From NCBI GenBank assembly GCA_037445065.1, contig JBBILD010000026.1, positions 1 through 50,255 of the forward strand: a stretch of 50,255 nucleotides of DNA, read 5' to 3'. This DNA is from Myxococcales bacterium. GTDB taxonomy: Bacteria > Desulfobacterota > Binatia > HRBIN30. Every line of letters starts with the position of its first letter. The stretch's first letter is position 1. The notes below the pieces were generated by a model. It ran no database searches and was not told where the DNA came from. It worked only from the letters and a program-made list of their open reading frames with translations. The position numbers and the translations under genes are program-made. Below are positions 18,655 to 29,802 of this stretch, piece by piece.

Positions 18655-19449
18655 ATGCGCGGCGCCGCCACGTTCCGTCTGTTCCTGTGGCCCCATCGGC
18701 TGCTCCTGCTCGGCCCGTCGTTTGCGGCTGAGATTCACCGGCACCACGCCGCGCAGCTTTCTGCGGGGCTGGAAGGGTCCTTGGCGATGCGCAGTGCGGA
18801 GCACGAAGCGTGGAAGCGAGCCCCAACGTTCTTAGTGCCCCCCGACGTGCCGCACGGCTTCGATGCATCCGGTGGGGCATGCGCACTGCTCTATTTGGAC
18901 CCAGAAAGTACCGAGTGGGCGGGCCTGCGCCAGCACTACCCAGAGAACCACCTGCAGGCAATGCAAGGCACCGGTAAAGCACGCCGCGCATTGCAACAGC
19001 TCTACCGCCTGGGTGGTCCGATCGAAGAAGCGGAGCGCGCCTGCCGCCTGTTTCTGGGCAGTGCTGCGCCACAGAGCAGCCCCGCACTCGACCCCCGGCT
19101 CGTGCGTGCCCTCGAGTGGGTGGGCGCCAATCTGGATCGTGGCATCAGCCTCGCGGAGGTGGCTGGCGCGGCGGGCGTGTCCGAGAGTTGGCTCTCCCAC
19201 CGCTTCGGCGAGGCGATCGGCATTCCGCTGCGGCGCTACGTGCTCTGGCTGCGCGTGCGCGTTGCCATGCAAGCCGCACTACGCGGAGCCACACTCACCG
19301 AGGCAGCACAGGCAGCCGGCCTCTCCGACTCCGCGCATCTCGCACGTAGCTTTCGCGACATGTTCGGAGTGCCGCCCTCGTTCTTGGTCGCGCCCCGCTG
19401 CTGCGTTGATTTTCAGTTTGCGGCGCCGGGCGGGAACGGCGAGCGGTAA
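18655..19449 (+). CDS. AraC family transcriptional regulator
   Basis: HRHHAAQ cupin-like N-terminus; LAEVAGAAGVSESWLSHRF..AGLSDSAHLARSFRDMFGVPPS. Confidence 0.92.
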   Translation: MRGAATFRLFLWPHRLLLLGPSFAAEIHRHHAAQLSAGLEGSLAMRSAEHEAWKRAPTFLVPPDVPHGFDASGGACALLYLDPESTEWAGLRQHYPENHLQAMQGTGKARRALQQLYRLGGPIEEAERACRLFLGSAAPQSSPALDPRLVRALEWVGANLDRGISLAEVAGAAGVSESWLSHRFGEAIGIPLRRYVLWLRVRVAMQAALRGATLTEAAQAAGLSDSAHLARSFRDMFGVPPSFLVAPRCCVDFQFAAPGGNGER

Positions 19450-19607
19450 GCGGCAAGTGGCGAACGGTCCGTTTCACACAAACACACGTGGTAAGAGCGG
19501 TTCGCAATGCGAGGCGTTGCGGGCCGCTTTCCTTCGCCCAGGGTGCCGGGGGACGTGCACGCTGCGCTTCGGATTGGCGCTGCAACCATCGGAATTCTCC
19601 GGCCACG

Positions 19608-19811
19608 CTTGTGGCCGCCCGCGGTGCGATTTGGCGGCGGGGGATGGTGGGCCGTGGACTTGGTGCGGCGTGCGTCGGTCTGGCGCAATAATTGCGCCAT
19701 TTCGTTCGGTCTGGGGCGCGGGGCAGGCACAAGGCCTGGCCCTACAATTTTTCGATGGGGCAGTGAGACCGGAGTCGCCGGTATGTTGGGGCGGGCGCTT
19801 GTGGCCCCCCG
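19608..19811 (-). repeat. Degenerate composite repeat, locus F
   Basis: Half REP-B plus flank CTTGTGGCCGCCCGCGGTGCGATTTGGC 19608-19635; REP-A reversed 19721-19745; degenerate REP-B at about 19785-19811. Confidence 0.75.
19681..19699. terminator. Perfect palindrome between convergent genes (possible terminator or operator)
   Basis: TGGCGCAAT-A-ATTGCGCCA followed by TTTCGTT, between the araC-family gene and meaA. Confidence 0.35.
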
Positions 19812-19833
19812 GGTGAAACGGACGCGTGCCGTC

Positions 19834-21810
19834 TCACGCTGCACCGGCGTGGGCGCGCATTTCGTCAATGGTGTCTACGATATCGGCCACGATCTGGGTG
19901 AAGGTCGCTTCCCCGGGCGTGTAAATGCGGGCCACGCCGGCGCGCTGCAGAGCTTCGTGGTCGGTGCGCGGAATAATCCCGCCGACGAATACGGGCACGT
20001 CGGCGAGTCCCTTTGCGCGCAGCAGCTCGACCACCCGCGGGACCAGTGTCAAGTGCGAACCGGAATGAATGGAAAGGCCGACCGCATCCACGTCTTCCTG
20101 CAAAGCCGATTCGGCGATCTGTTCCGGAGTGAGGCGGATACCGTCGTAGATCACCTCGAAGCCCGCCTCGCGGGCACGCACGGCGATTTGTTCGGCGCCG
20201 TTGGAGTGGCCATCGAGGCCCGGTTTGGCCACCAACAGGCGCAGGGGGTGACCGAGCTTTTGTGCCACCTTTTGAGTGCGTGCGCGCAAGGCAGCGATTA
20301 CCTCCCCCTCTGTACGCGTGGCGACCCCTTGCAGCCCGGTGGGGGCGCGGTACTCACCGAACACCTTGCGCAGCGTGCCGGCCCATTCGCCGGTAGTCAC
20401 ACCGGCATGAGCGGCGCGGATGGAGGGCGGCATGATGTTGGCGCCGCTGCGCGCGGCCTCCTCGAGTGCGCGCAAGGCCGCCTCCACCTCGGCTTGATTG
20501 CGGCGCGCGCGAAAGGCCTGCAGCCGCTCCACTTGCCGCCGTTCGGCTTCCGGGTCCACCACCAAAATCGCCGTTCCCCCGTCTCCGGCCAATAGCGGGC
20601 ACGGCTCAGTTTCGGTGAAACGATTCACCCCGACCACTACCAGCTCGCCCGATTCGATCTTGCGCTGCCGTTCAGCGTGGCTCGCCACCAGCGCGCGCTT
20701 CATGTACTCGATGGCGCGCTGCGCATCGCCGATCTCGAGCACCCGATGCAGCTCGGCTTCGGCTGCCTCCATCAGCTCGCGTACCTTTTCCTCGATGACC
20801 ACCGAGCCCTCGAACAGGTCGCGCTCGTACTCGAGCAAATCCGTTTCGTAGGCCAGCACCTGCTGGATGCGCAGCGACCACTGTTGGTCCCACGGACGCG
20901 GTAAGCCCAGGGCCTCGTTCCAGGCAGGCAACTGCACGGAGCGCGCCCGCGCCTCTTTGGACAGTGTGACCGCCAGCATCTCGAGCACAATGCGCTGCAC
21001 GTTGTTCTCCGGCTGCTGCGCGGTGAGGCCGAGCGAGTTGACTTGCACGCCGTAGCGAAAGCGGCGCTTGACCGGATCCTCGACGCCATAGCGCTCGCGC
21101 GTGAGCCGATCCCACAGGCGGGTAAACGCCTTGAGCTTGCACATCTCCTCGATGAAGCGGATACCGGCGTTCACGAAAAAAGACATGGCGCCGATGACGT
21201 CGGGCATGGACACCCCCGGCCGCTGGCGTACACGGTCGAGCACGGCGCACGCGTTGGCAAGCGCGAAGGACACCTCTTGTACTGGAGTGGCCCCTGCCTC
21301 CTGCAGGTGGTAGCTACAGATGTTGATTGGGTTCCACTTGGGGACGTGGCGGACCGTGTACTCGATTGTGTCCACGGTAAGCCGCAACGAGGGTTCGGGA
21401 GGAAAGGCGTACGTTCCACGGGCCAGAAACTCTTTGAGGATGTCGTTTTGGGTGGTGCCGCGCAGGCCGCGCGGATCGGCCCCCTGCCGTTCGGCCACCG
21501 CAATGTAGAGCGCCAGCAACCACGGCGCGGTGGCATTGATGGTCATCGAGGTGTTCATCTTGGCCAGTGGGATCTCATCGAAGAGCAGTTCCATGTCCTC
21601 GATGTGGCAGATGGGCACCCCCACCTTGCCGACCTCGCCGCTGGCCATGGGATGGTCGGAGTCGTACCCAGTTTGGGTGGGCAAGTCGAACGCCACGCTC
21701 AGGCCAGTTTGCCCCTTGGCCAGGTTTTTCCGGAACAGCTCGTTCGCAGCGCGCGGGTCGGTGTGCCCCGCGTATGTGCGCATCAGCCACGGTTCTTGAC
21801 GTTGTGCCAT
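19834..21810 (-). CDS. meaA: Ethylmalonyl-CoA mutase (MeaA/Ecm), B12-dependent
   Basis: PWLMRTYAGH, GQTGLSVAFDLPTQ, RFRYGVQVNSLG and B12-binding KPGLDGHSNG motifs. Confidence 0.93.
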   Translation of the reverse strand: MAQRQEPWLMRTYAGHTDPRAANELFRKNLAKGQTGLSVAFDLPTQTGYDSDHPMASGEVGKVGVPICHIEDMELLFDEIPLAKMNTSMTINATAPWLLALYIAVAERQGADPRGLRGTTQNDILKEFLARGTYAFPPEPSLRLTVDTIEYTVRHVPKWNPINICSYHLQEAGATPVQEVSFALANACAVLDRVRQRPGVSMPDVIGAMSFFVNAGIRFIEEMCKLKAFTRLWDRLTRERYGVEDPVKRRFRYGVQVNSLGLTAQQPENNVQRIVLEMLAVTLSKEARARSVQLPAWNEALGLPRPWDQQWSLRIQQVLAYETDLLEYERDLFEGSVVIEEKVRELMEAAEAELHRVLEIGDAQRAIEYMKRALVASHAERQRKIESGELVVVGVNRFTETEPCPLLAGDGGTAILVVDPEAERRQVERLQAFRARRNQAEVEAALRALEEAARSGANIMPPSIRAAHAGVTTGEWAGTLRKVFGEYRAPTGLQGVATRTEGEVIAALRARTQKVAQKLGHPLRLLVAKPGLDGHSNGAEQIAVRAREAGFEVIYDGIRLTPEQIAESALQEDVDAVGLSIHSGSHLTLVPRVVELLRAKGLADVPVFVGGIIPRTDHEALQRAGVARIYTPGEATFTQIVADIVDTIDEMRAHAGAA

Positions 21811-21948
21811 GGCCGCGAACATACCAGCGAGGCTCCAAGTCGAGCAACCGCGCTTGGCAGGGGCATGGCCTGCGGGCGAGACCTTGTCACAGCGCAGCAA
21901 ACATGCCAGTAGTCGCCAACTTATTCATTCCGTTTTTCGAGGGTTGGC

Positions 21949-23256
21949 ATGATTCCGATTCAAAAAGTCGTGGTATTGGGCGCGAACGGAACCATGGGAG
22001 CTGGCAGCGGCGAAGTGTTCGCAGCCGGCGGGTGCGACGTGGTGTTCCTCGCGCGCACGGTCGAAAAGGCGCACGAGGGGCTGGTCACAGCCCAGAACTT
22101 GGCCAAGTCGGTTCGCATCGCCGATCGCATCTCCCTGGGCACCTACGATCAGGACTTGGAAGAGGCGTGCAGCAAAGCGGACCTGATCTTCGAAGCGCTA
22201 GCCGAAGACATGGAGCTCAAGAAGTCGTTTTTCGCCAAGGTGGACAAATTCCGCCGTCCCGATTCGATCGTCGCCACGGTGTCTTCCGGCCTATCCATCG
22301 CGGAAATGGCACTCGGCCGCTCGGATAGTTTTCGGCGCAACTTCCTCGGCATCCACTTGTTCAACCCGCCGAGTGTGATCGTGGGGACCGAAGTGATCCC
22401 CCACAAGGAAACCGATCCGCAGTTAGTACGGGAGATCGTCGAGCTGCTCGAACGGCGCTTTGGGCGGGTGGCAATCGTAGCCGCCGACAAACCGGCCTTT
22501 GCGGGAAATCGGGTGGGCTTCAAGGTATTGAACGAAGTCGCGCAACTCGCCGAGGAGCATGGCGTGGCCTTTATGGATTACCTAATCGGTCCGTACACGG
22601 GGCGCGCGATGCCGCCCCTGGCCACCATTGATCTCGTGGGATGGGATGTCCACAAGGCCATTGTGGACAACGTTTATGCCCACACCAACGACGAAGCGCA
22701 CGAAGCCTTCCGCCTGCCCGCGTACATGGACGACCTCATCGCCCATGGCCACCTGGGAAACAAGACGCCCCAATTCGGGGGCTTTTACCGGCGGGTGAAA
22801 GAAGGCGGACAGACCATCCAGCTCGTGCTCGACCCGAAAACCGGTGCGTACAAAGACATCCGCGACGACGGCGTGCGCAAGGTGCCGTTCGTGGAAGAAG
22901 TGCGCGGTTTGCACCACGTGGGCCGCTACCGCGAGGCCTTGCGCCGCTTCGCTGCCGCCACCGGGCCGGAAGCAGAACTCGCCCACAAGGTGATCTTCGG
23001 GTACGTGAGCTACGCTCTCAACCGAGTCGGCGAGCAAGAAGTGGTGCGCGAAGCGCGCGACATAGACCGCATCATGGGTTTTGGTTTCAACTGGGCACCA
23101 CCCACCGTGCTGGTGGATTTGATCGGGCTCGAAGAAACGATTCGCCACTTGGAGAAGCACGAGCTACCCGTGCCCAAAGTGCTGCGGGATGCGCGCCCGG
23201 GACAGCGCCTGTTTCGCGAACCCTACGTGAACATCGGCCGCTTCTTCGCCGGCTGA
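21949..23256 (+). CDS. 3-hydroxyacyl-CoA dehydrogenase family protein
   Basis: VVVLGANGTMG, FEALAED..K, ATVSSGL, GIHLFNPP and FAGNR motifs. Confidence 0.9.
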   Translation: MIPIQKVVVLGANGTMGAGSGEVFAAGGCDVVFLARTVEKAHEGLVTAQNLAKSVRIADRISLGTYDQDLEEACSKADLIFEALAEDMELKKSFFAKVDKFRRPDSIVATVSSGLSIAEMALGRSDSFRRNFLGIHLFNPPSVIVGTEVIPHKETDPQLVREIVELLERRFGRVAIVAADKPAFAGNRVGFKVLNEVAQLAEEHGVAFMDYLIGPYTGRAMPPLATIDLVGWDVHKAIVDNVYAHTNDEAHEAFRLPAYMDDLIAHGHLGNKTPQFGGFYRRVKEGGQTIQLVLDPKTGAYKDIRDDGVRKVPFVEEVRGLHHVGRYREALRRFAAATGPEAELAHKVIFGYVSYALNRVGEQEVVREARDIDRIMGFGFNWAPPTVLVDLIGLEETIRHLEKHELPVPKVLRDARPGQRLFREPYVNIGRFFAG

Positions 23257-23328
23257 GCGCCGCGCGTGGTTGCGAAAGGTTTCGCTCGGGTGGTAGGTTT
23301 TGCACAGTTTTCTTTTTAGGGAGGCCCA

Positions 23329-24561
23329 ATGGCAGCGCCGGTATACGTTTTAGGTGGATACCAGACTGATTTTGCCCGCAACTGGAAAAAGGAAAACAAG
23401 CACATTGTGGCAATGATCCGGGAAGCGGTCGAAGGTGGGCTCGAGGCCACGCAGCTCGAACCCAAGGACATCCAAGTGGGGCACGTCGGCAACTTCGCTG
23501 CCGAGCTCTACGCGATGCAGGGTCATTTGGGGGCCTTCCTAGTGGACGTAGACCCGACCTTTTCCGGGCTGCCGACTGCGCGCCACGAAGCAGCCTGCGC
23601 CTCGGGGAGCATCGCCATCCTCGCTGCTTCCGCCGAGATCGAAGCGGGTCGCTACGATCTTGCCCTGGTGGTGGGCGTCGAGCAAATGAAAACGGTGGAC
23701 CCTGCCAAGGGCGGCGAGTTTTTGGGCACGGCAGCCTGGTACGAGAAAGAGGCCAAGGGGATCGAGTTTCCCTTCCCCAAGCTGTTCGGGCGCCTGGGTG
23801 ACGAGTACGACCGGCGCTATGGGCTCAAAGACGAGCATTTGGCCCACATTTCTGCCGTCAACTACTCGAACGCCAAGCGCAACCCGCTGGCCCAAACCCG
23901 CAACTGGTACATGTCGGAAGACCAAGCCCGCTGTGTGGACAAGTTCAACACCGTGATCGGCGGTCGCATCAAGATTTCCGATTGCTCACAGGTCACCGAT
24001 GGCGCCGTGTCGCTGTTTTTGGCCTCCGAAAAGGCAGCGGCGGAGTACGCGAAGAAGCGGGGCCTCTCGCTCGAGCGGATCCCGCGCATTTTGGGTTGGG
24101 GCCATCGTACCGCGCCCATCGAGTTCGACGCCAAAATTGCGGAGAGCAAGAACAACCCCTACGTGCTGCCACACACCCGCCAGGCGATTCTGGATGCGTT
24201 TCGTCGCGCAGGGATCGCCGACGTGTGGGGAGTGCAAGCCATCGAGACGCACGACTGCTTCACGACCTCCGAGTACATGGCCATTGACCATTTCGGCATC
24301 ACTGCACCCGGAGAATCGTGGAAAGCGATCGAGGACGGAACCATCGAGATGGGCGGGCGGATGCCCATCAACCCGAGCGGTGGTCTCATTGGCTGCGGCC
24401 ACCCGGTCGGCGCCACGGGCGTGCGCCAGGTGCTGGATGCCTACAAACAGGTCACCAATCAGTGTGGAGACTATCAGGTGGAAGGAGCGCGCCGGGTTGC
24501 CACGCTCAATATCGGTGGCAGTGGCACGACCACTGTGTCCTTCATTGTAGGCTTCGCCTGA
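23329..24561 (+). CDS. Acetyl-CoA acetyltransferase (SCP2-type thiolase)
   Basis: EAACASG, ETHDCF and NPSGGLIGCGHPVGATG motifs; GGGAGG RBS. Confidence 0.92.
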   Translation: MAAPVYVLGGYQTDFARNWKKENKHIVAMIREAVEGGLEATQLEPKDIQVGHVGNFAAELYAMQGHLGAFLVDVDPTFSGLPTARHEAACASGSIAILAASAEIEAGRYDLALVVGVEQMKTVDPAKGGEFLGTAAWYEKEAKGIEFPFPKLFGRLGDEYDRRYGLKDEHLAHISAVNYSNAKRNPLAQTRNWYMSEDQARCVDKFNTVIGGRIKISDCSQVTDGAVSLFLASEKAAAEYAKKRGLSLERIPRILGWGHRTAPIEFDAKIAESKNNPYVLPHTRQAILDAFRRAGIADVWGVQAIETHDCFTTSEYMAIDHFGITAPGESWKAIEDGTIEMGGRMPINPSGGLIGCGHPVGATGVRQVLDAYKQVTNQCGDYQVEGARRVATLNIGGSGTTTVSFIVGFA

Positions 24562-24644
24562 TTGGCCGCTTGCGCGCGGAGCGCACAAGCGTCGCGTCCT
24601 CCCTTGGCTCTTCGAAGCGCAGAGTCTTTTTGTTCTTACCAGCA

Positions 24645-25832
<1,188 letters not shown>

Positions 25833-25863
25833 TCGTCGCCCCGGCCCTGCAGTGGTGACGCAT

Positions 25864-26354
25864 TCGGGTCGTAAGACCCGACCTCGTGCCTGCCCGTGCC
25901 GCGAATCCGACGGGATGGCGCACGGCGGGCCAGCCATCCCAGCGCGTGGCACGTGCGATACGCCCATTCGCCATTCACCGTTCACCATTCGCCATTCGCC
26001 ACACAAAATGGTTGTCCACCGAACACGCGGCTGCCGTGATCTGGCCACACATGCCCAATCGGACGACGGGTGGCCACAAGGGCCGCCCCTACATGGCGCG
26101 GGGGGCATCGGTGCCGGCGGGGTCGCGCGCGGTTGCCACGGAAATGTAGGGGCAGGCCTTGTGCCTGCCCGTGGTTCGAATCCGACGGGTTGCCGAATCA
26201 CGGCCCAGCCATCGCACAACGTTGTGGATGCGGCGTGCCCCATCCGACCGCGCGTGCCACCCACACCACGGGCGGGACAAACGATCCCCAAGGGCGACCC
26301 GGCCCCCAACCACAAGTGGGTGTCCACGGAACGGTAGTCCATTCACCATTCGCC
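25864..26354 (+). repeat. Composite repeat, locus G
   Basis: GTAA-loop hairpin TCGGGTC/GACCCGA 25864-25881 abutting a half REP-A; five 7-mers 25964-25998; REP-B reversed 26068-26092; 53-nt spacer; REP-A 26146-26170; GTGGGTGTCCACGGAAC at 26316. Confidence 0.9.
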
Positions 26355-26411
26355 TCTTGCGGCTCGTGGCCCTCGCTTGCGGAGGGCAGGGGCTGCGGGT
26401 ATGCCGGGGGC

Positions 26412-27011
26412 GTGAGGCGGCACAGTTCGGTTTGGCTCGTTGCCTCGGTGCTTGCGTTGGCCAGCACCCGCGTGCCAGCGAGCGGGCAAGTGGGCAGTGT
26501 GGGACCGGTTGCCGAGACCGGCGGGCCGGTGCACGAGCCGGGAGCGCCCACGGTGCGGGGTGGTCCGGTGTATGAGTCGCGCTTGCCAGCGGGCAGCGAG
26601 CCGCGGCTTCCTCTGAGCGGCGTGCCCGTGCGCCTCGAGCAGCGCGGCGTGTACGGTGACGGACCGGTGCGGGCGGGGACCGCGGGCAGCGTCGCTACAG
26701 CAGAAGAGGCGCCACCTGTGCTGTGGGTTCCACCCGAAAGTGCATGGGAACAGGCTGCCCCTGTTCCTCCGCCCGAAGAGCCTCTTCTGGACGTCGTTCG
26801 CGCCATCGAGCCTCTGCCGCGAGCCTCGGAAGCAGGGCCGGAGGGGACCGCCGAGCAACGAGACGAAGAGCAGGCGTCAGGCGAGGCGTTCGTCGCCCGT
26901 GAACCGGGTGTCGGGTCCGCGGAGGAGACGCAGGTGGAAGAACCGCAAAGCGAGAGCGACTCTGCCTCTCCCGCCGAAGACGAGGAGGGTTCGCGTTCTG
27001 CGAGCGAGTAA
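26412..27011 (+). CDS. Hypothetical exported Pro/Glu-rich low-complexity protein
   Basis: GTG start with signal-like VWLVASVLALA; acidic disordered C-terminus; the ORF track's 5' extension runs through repeat G. Confidence 0.5.
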   Translation: MRRHSSVWLVASVLALASTRVPASGQVGSVGPVAETGGPVHEPGAPTVRGGPVYESRLPAGSEPRLPLSGVPVRLEQRGVYGDGPVRAGTAGSVATAEEAPPVLWVPPESAWEQAAPVPPPEEPLLDVVRAIEPLPRASEAGPEGTAEQRDEEQASGEAFVAREPGVGSAEETQVEEPQSESDSASPAEDEEGSRSASE

Positions 27012-27250
27012 TGCGTGCCACAGGCGGCATTGCGGGGGCGCGAGGAGACGCGTGCAATCACATCGAAGCGACCAGAGAGAGGGTGCCGAGCAAGCGCGGG
27101 CAACCCCTCCGGGGCCACAAAGGCAAGGCGGCTGCAACCTCGATCCTGAGCGGTAGGCTCCTGAGAACGACTCTGGGCGGGGACCGAACTGGACGCTGAT
27201 CCAGCGGGCACTCGGAAGGCCCCCCGGCTCAGCCTTCGCGCTCCGCCCGC

Positions 27251-27754
27251 TCAGGAACCGATCAGCACGAGCTGCTCGGGAGTGACGAACCAGCGCAGCA
27301 CGCCCGGGGCGCGAGGTGGGAGCTGGTCCACTTCGATGGCGGCCACCGCCCCGGCGCGAAAAGGCATCTGCAGGCGCTGTTCCCCTCCCAGGAGCAAGTG
27401 CGAGGCGAGCCGTCCCATATCCGGTTCGTGGCCAACCAAAGCCACCCTCTCGCGATCTCGTACTGCTGTCAGGCTGGCGAGGAGTTCCCTAGGGTCCAAA
27501 CCTGGCGCCAATTCCTGCCAGGAAAGTACTTCCCCTGCGGTCTCCTCACTGAGCAGCCGTGCGGTTTCGAGCGCCCTGCGCAGCGGGCTAGAGAGGATCG
27601 CATCGAAGCGCACTCCGAGCCGGCGCAAGCCGATCCCCGCCAAAAGTACGGATTCTCGCCCCTCACGGCTCAACACTCGGTCCTCATCTCTCTGATCGGG
27701 AGCTGCGACTTCGGCCTTTCCGTGCCGCACCAAAAAGAGCACCCTCGCACTCAT
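27251..27754 (-). CDS. sixA: Phosphohistidine phosphatase SixA
   Basis: LVRHGKA, SSPLRRALETA and LVGHEPD motifs; ATG overlaps the upstream TGA. Confidence 0.9.
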   Translation of the reverse strand: MSARVLFLVRHGKAEVAAPDQRDEDRVLSREGRESVLLAGIGLRRLGVRFDAILSSPLRRALETARLLSEETAGEVLSWQELAPGLDPRELLASLTAVRDRERVALVGHEPDMGRLASHLLLGGEQRLQMPFRAGAVAAIEVDQLPPRAPGVLRWFVTPEQLVLIGS

Positions 27755-28803
27755 CGAGCGCCTCGCTGCTCAGCCGCGTTCGAGCCTTCCACCCAGCGAT
27801 CCACAGCACGCACCAAGCGCAAATACCGCGCTGCGTTCAAACAACGCAAGACCGCTCGCACCTCGCCCCGCTCGGCGTGGTTCGTCGCGGTTGGACGACT
27901 GCGTGTTCCTGGAGGCACGGGAGGCGTGCCTGCCGCTGCGAGTTCTCCTTCGAGCCAAGCAAGCTCCCGCTCGAGCCAGCGGGCGCGCGAGCGCTGCGCG
28001 GCACGCAACAAGGTTCGTACGGCGCAGCGCAGGGCCGCAAGAGCCGCGCTCCTGCCTAAGCGCAGGGCCACGTCGGCCTCCCGCCACGTCGCCCACGCGG
28101 AGCGCATCTTCCGCCCACCGGGTTTGGAGCCCGCCACCGAGCGCCAGCGCGCGCCCCGGTGAAAGTGCTTCATGCCGGTCTCGAATTTCGACCCGGCGCT
28201 GGCCCGCAACGCAAAGCGCTGCTGCAAAAGTCGTACGACTCGCTCGAGTTCTTCCAGGGGCGCGCCTGGGTACTGCTCCACTTCCACCTCCGCGTAGCGC
28301 AACGGTGCCACCTTGCGGCCGGGCGCACCCACCTCCACTCGGTCACAGACCAATTCCGCGATCGGTACCTTTTCCGCCCCGCCACCGCGCTCCACTTCGA
28401 ACAAGTGCCGCCGCACGATCGTGCGCAGCAGCGGCTTCAAGGGGCGGCCTGCTGCGTACACGGTAACGTACGGTGCCACGGCCGCAGGAACGCTCTTCCA
28501 TGGCAACGGCGGTACGCGGCGCAGCGGACACTCCAGTTCCGGCCGCTCGTACCGATTGCCGCGCCGCACCCCCATGCCCTTCACCGATACCAACACACCG
28601 TGCGGACCGCGGCGAACCCGCAGTACAAGGCCGGCACGCCCCAAGGCGAGGTCAGCGGTGTCCAAGTAGGTGGTCTCCAGCACACGCTCACCGCGGTCTC
28701 GCACGCGGTAACCGTCGAGCCAGCGCAGGCGCGACAGTTCGGCGACGAGGTCCTTGCTCCCACCGGCTAGCTTCACTTCCACTTCCACCGGCACTCCCGC
28801 CAT
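27751..28803 (-). CDS. CYTH-domain protein with a degenerate CHAD-like helical tail
   Basis: EVEVK, TYLDTADLAL..LRVR, SVK, AEVEVE and SKF motifs. Confidence 0.8.
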   Translation of the reverse strand: MAGVPVEVEVKLAGGSKDLVAELSRLRWLDGYRVRDRGERVLETTYLDTADLALGRAGLVLRVRRGPHGVLVSVKGMGVRRGNRYERPELECPLRRVPPLPWKSVPAAVAPYVTVYAAGRPLKPLLRTIVRRHLFEVERGGGAEKVPIAELVCDRVEVGAPGRKVAPLRYAEVEVEQYPGAPLEELERVVRLLQQRFALRASAGSKFETGMKHFHRGARWRSVAGSKPGGRKMRSAWATWREADVALRLGRSAALAALRCAVRTLLRAAQRSRARWLERELAWLEGELAAAGTPPVPPGTRSRPTATNHAERGEVRAVLRCLNAARYLRLVRAVDRWVEGSNAAEQRGAR

Positions 28804-28884
28804 CGCTCGATGCCCGCCCCCAAGACCACGGGCACGCTCCGGGCCTATCGCTGCCATGTTCCCTCCCCCACCCCGTACCGCTGC

Positions 28885-29802
28885 TCAGCCATGGAACTCG
28901 GTTACCGCGCTGCGGATCTGGCGCAGCGCTCGCACCAGTGCGCCTCCTTCCGTCGGCAGCGGAGCGTGAAACAATTCGGGCGGGAAGGGGCGATCGAATT
29001 GGACATGCTCGATGAGTTGCTCCGCCGCCAAGCCGCTCAGCGGCACACCGGCGGGATCGGCCGGGAAGAAAGAACGCACGCGTTCCATGCGGATCCCTTG
29101 GACGGTGCGGTATTCCCGCCAGCGACCGAGCCACAGTGGGTGATTCAGAAACGGCGCGTTGACCTGTGCCAGCACCTGGTCAATGAGGCCGGTTTTCGAT
29201 TCGAAATAGAGCACCGCCCATTCGATTGGGGAGCGGAAGCTCTTCGGGTACACGAGCCGCAGTTTCTGCCAGTGGCGGTCATCGTCGGACTCCTCACCCG
29301 CGTACTCGAGCTCTAGGTCCGCGAACTCCGCGAGCACGAACGGAAGGCCGAACGAGAGCGTCGAACTCACCCCGTGAAACTCGGTAAACATCTTCTCTTC
29401 CGGCTCGTGGACCCAGCGGCCGCCGACCCGCATCCACGACTCGCGGCCGTTGTAACCGAACACGATTTCGTCGCGCAGGCCGATGGATTCGAGCCGTCCG
29501 ATCGGACCCTGATGCAATGGCTGCTTGTGCAAAAAGATGGTTTCCGAGGTCGCGTCGCCGCGCGGATCGAAGATGGTGAGCGTCGAGATGAAGCTCACCG
29601 AGCGCACCTTTTGCCACTGCTCCCAACCACCCGCAGCCACGATGGCCCGTTCCAACACCTCCCCGGCTTTGCCTTTGGGCACATGCATCTGCACTGGCGA
29701 GCGCGCCTCCGGCGCCGCGGGCCGCTCGGAGCACCCGAGCAGCCAAGCGGCAATCACCCACAGCACGAGCCAGGTGCGCACGCGCCAAGCGGAACCGTTC
29801 AC
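28885..29802 (-). CDS. Hypothetical lipoprotein
   Basis: Lipobox-like WLLGC; AIVAAGGWEQW; GTG overlaps the cytochrome's TGA. Confidence 0.7.
   Translation of the reverse strand: MNGSAWRVRTWLVLWVIAAWLLGCSERPAAPEARSPVQMHVPKGKAGEVLERAIVAAGGWEQWQKVRSVSFISTLTIFDPRGDATSETIFLHKQPLHQGPIGRLESIGLRDEIVFGYNGRESWMRVGGRWVHEPEEKMFTEFHGVSSTLSFGLPFVLAEFADLELEYAGEESDDDRHWQKLRLVYPKSFRSPIEWAVLYFESKTGLIDQVLAQVNAPFLNHPLWLGRWREYRTVQGIRMERVRSFFPADPAGVPLSGLAAEQLIEHVQFDRPFPPELFHAPLPTEGGALVRALRQIRSAVTEFHG

Noticed and set aside
18643..18657. Possible read-through fusion of the desaturase and AraC genes (same frame, single TAA)
   Set aside because: Both look like complete stand-alone proteins; being in frame has a one-in-three chance
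26146..26200. tRNA gene suggested by GGTTCGAATCC (also at 40150 and 40353)
   Set aside because: No D-arm, anticodon arm, acceptor stem or CCA can be built around it; it lies inside the repeat
27061..27200. Glycine, SAH or TPP riboswitch-like fragments
   Set aside because: Only isolated short matches; core consensus elements are missing and the region is downstream of both flanking genes
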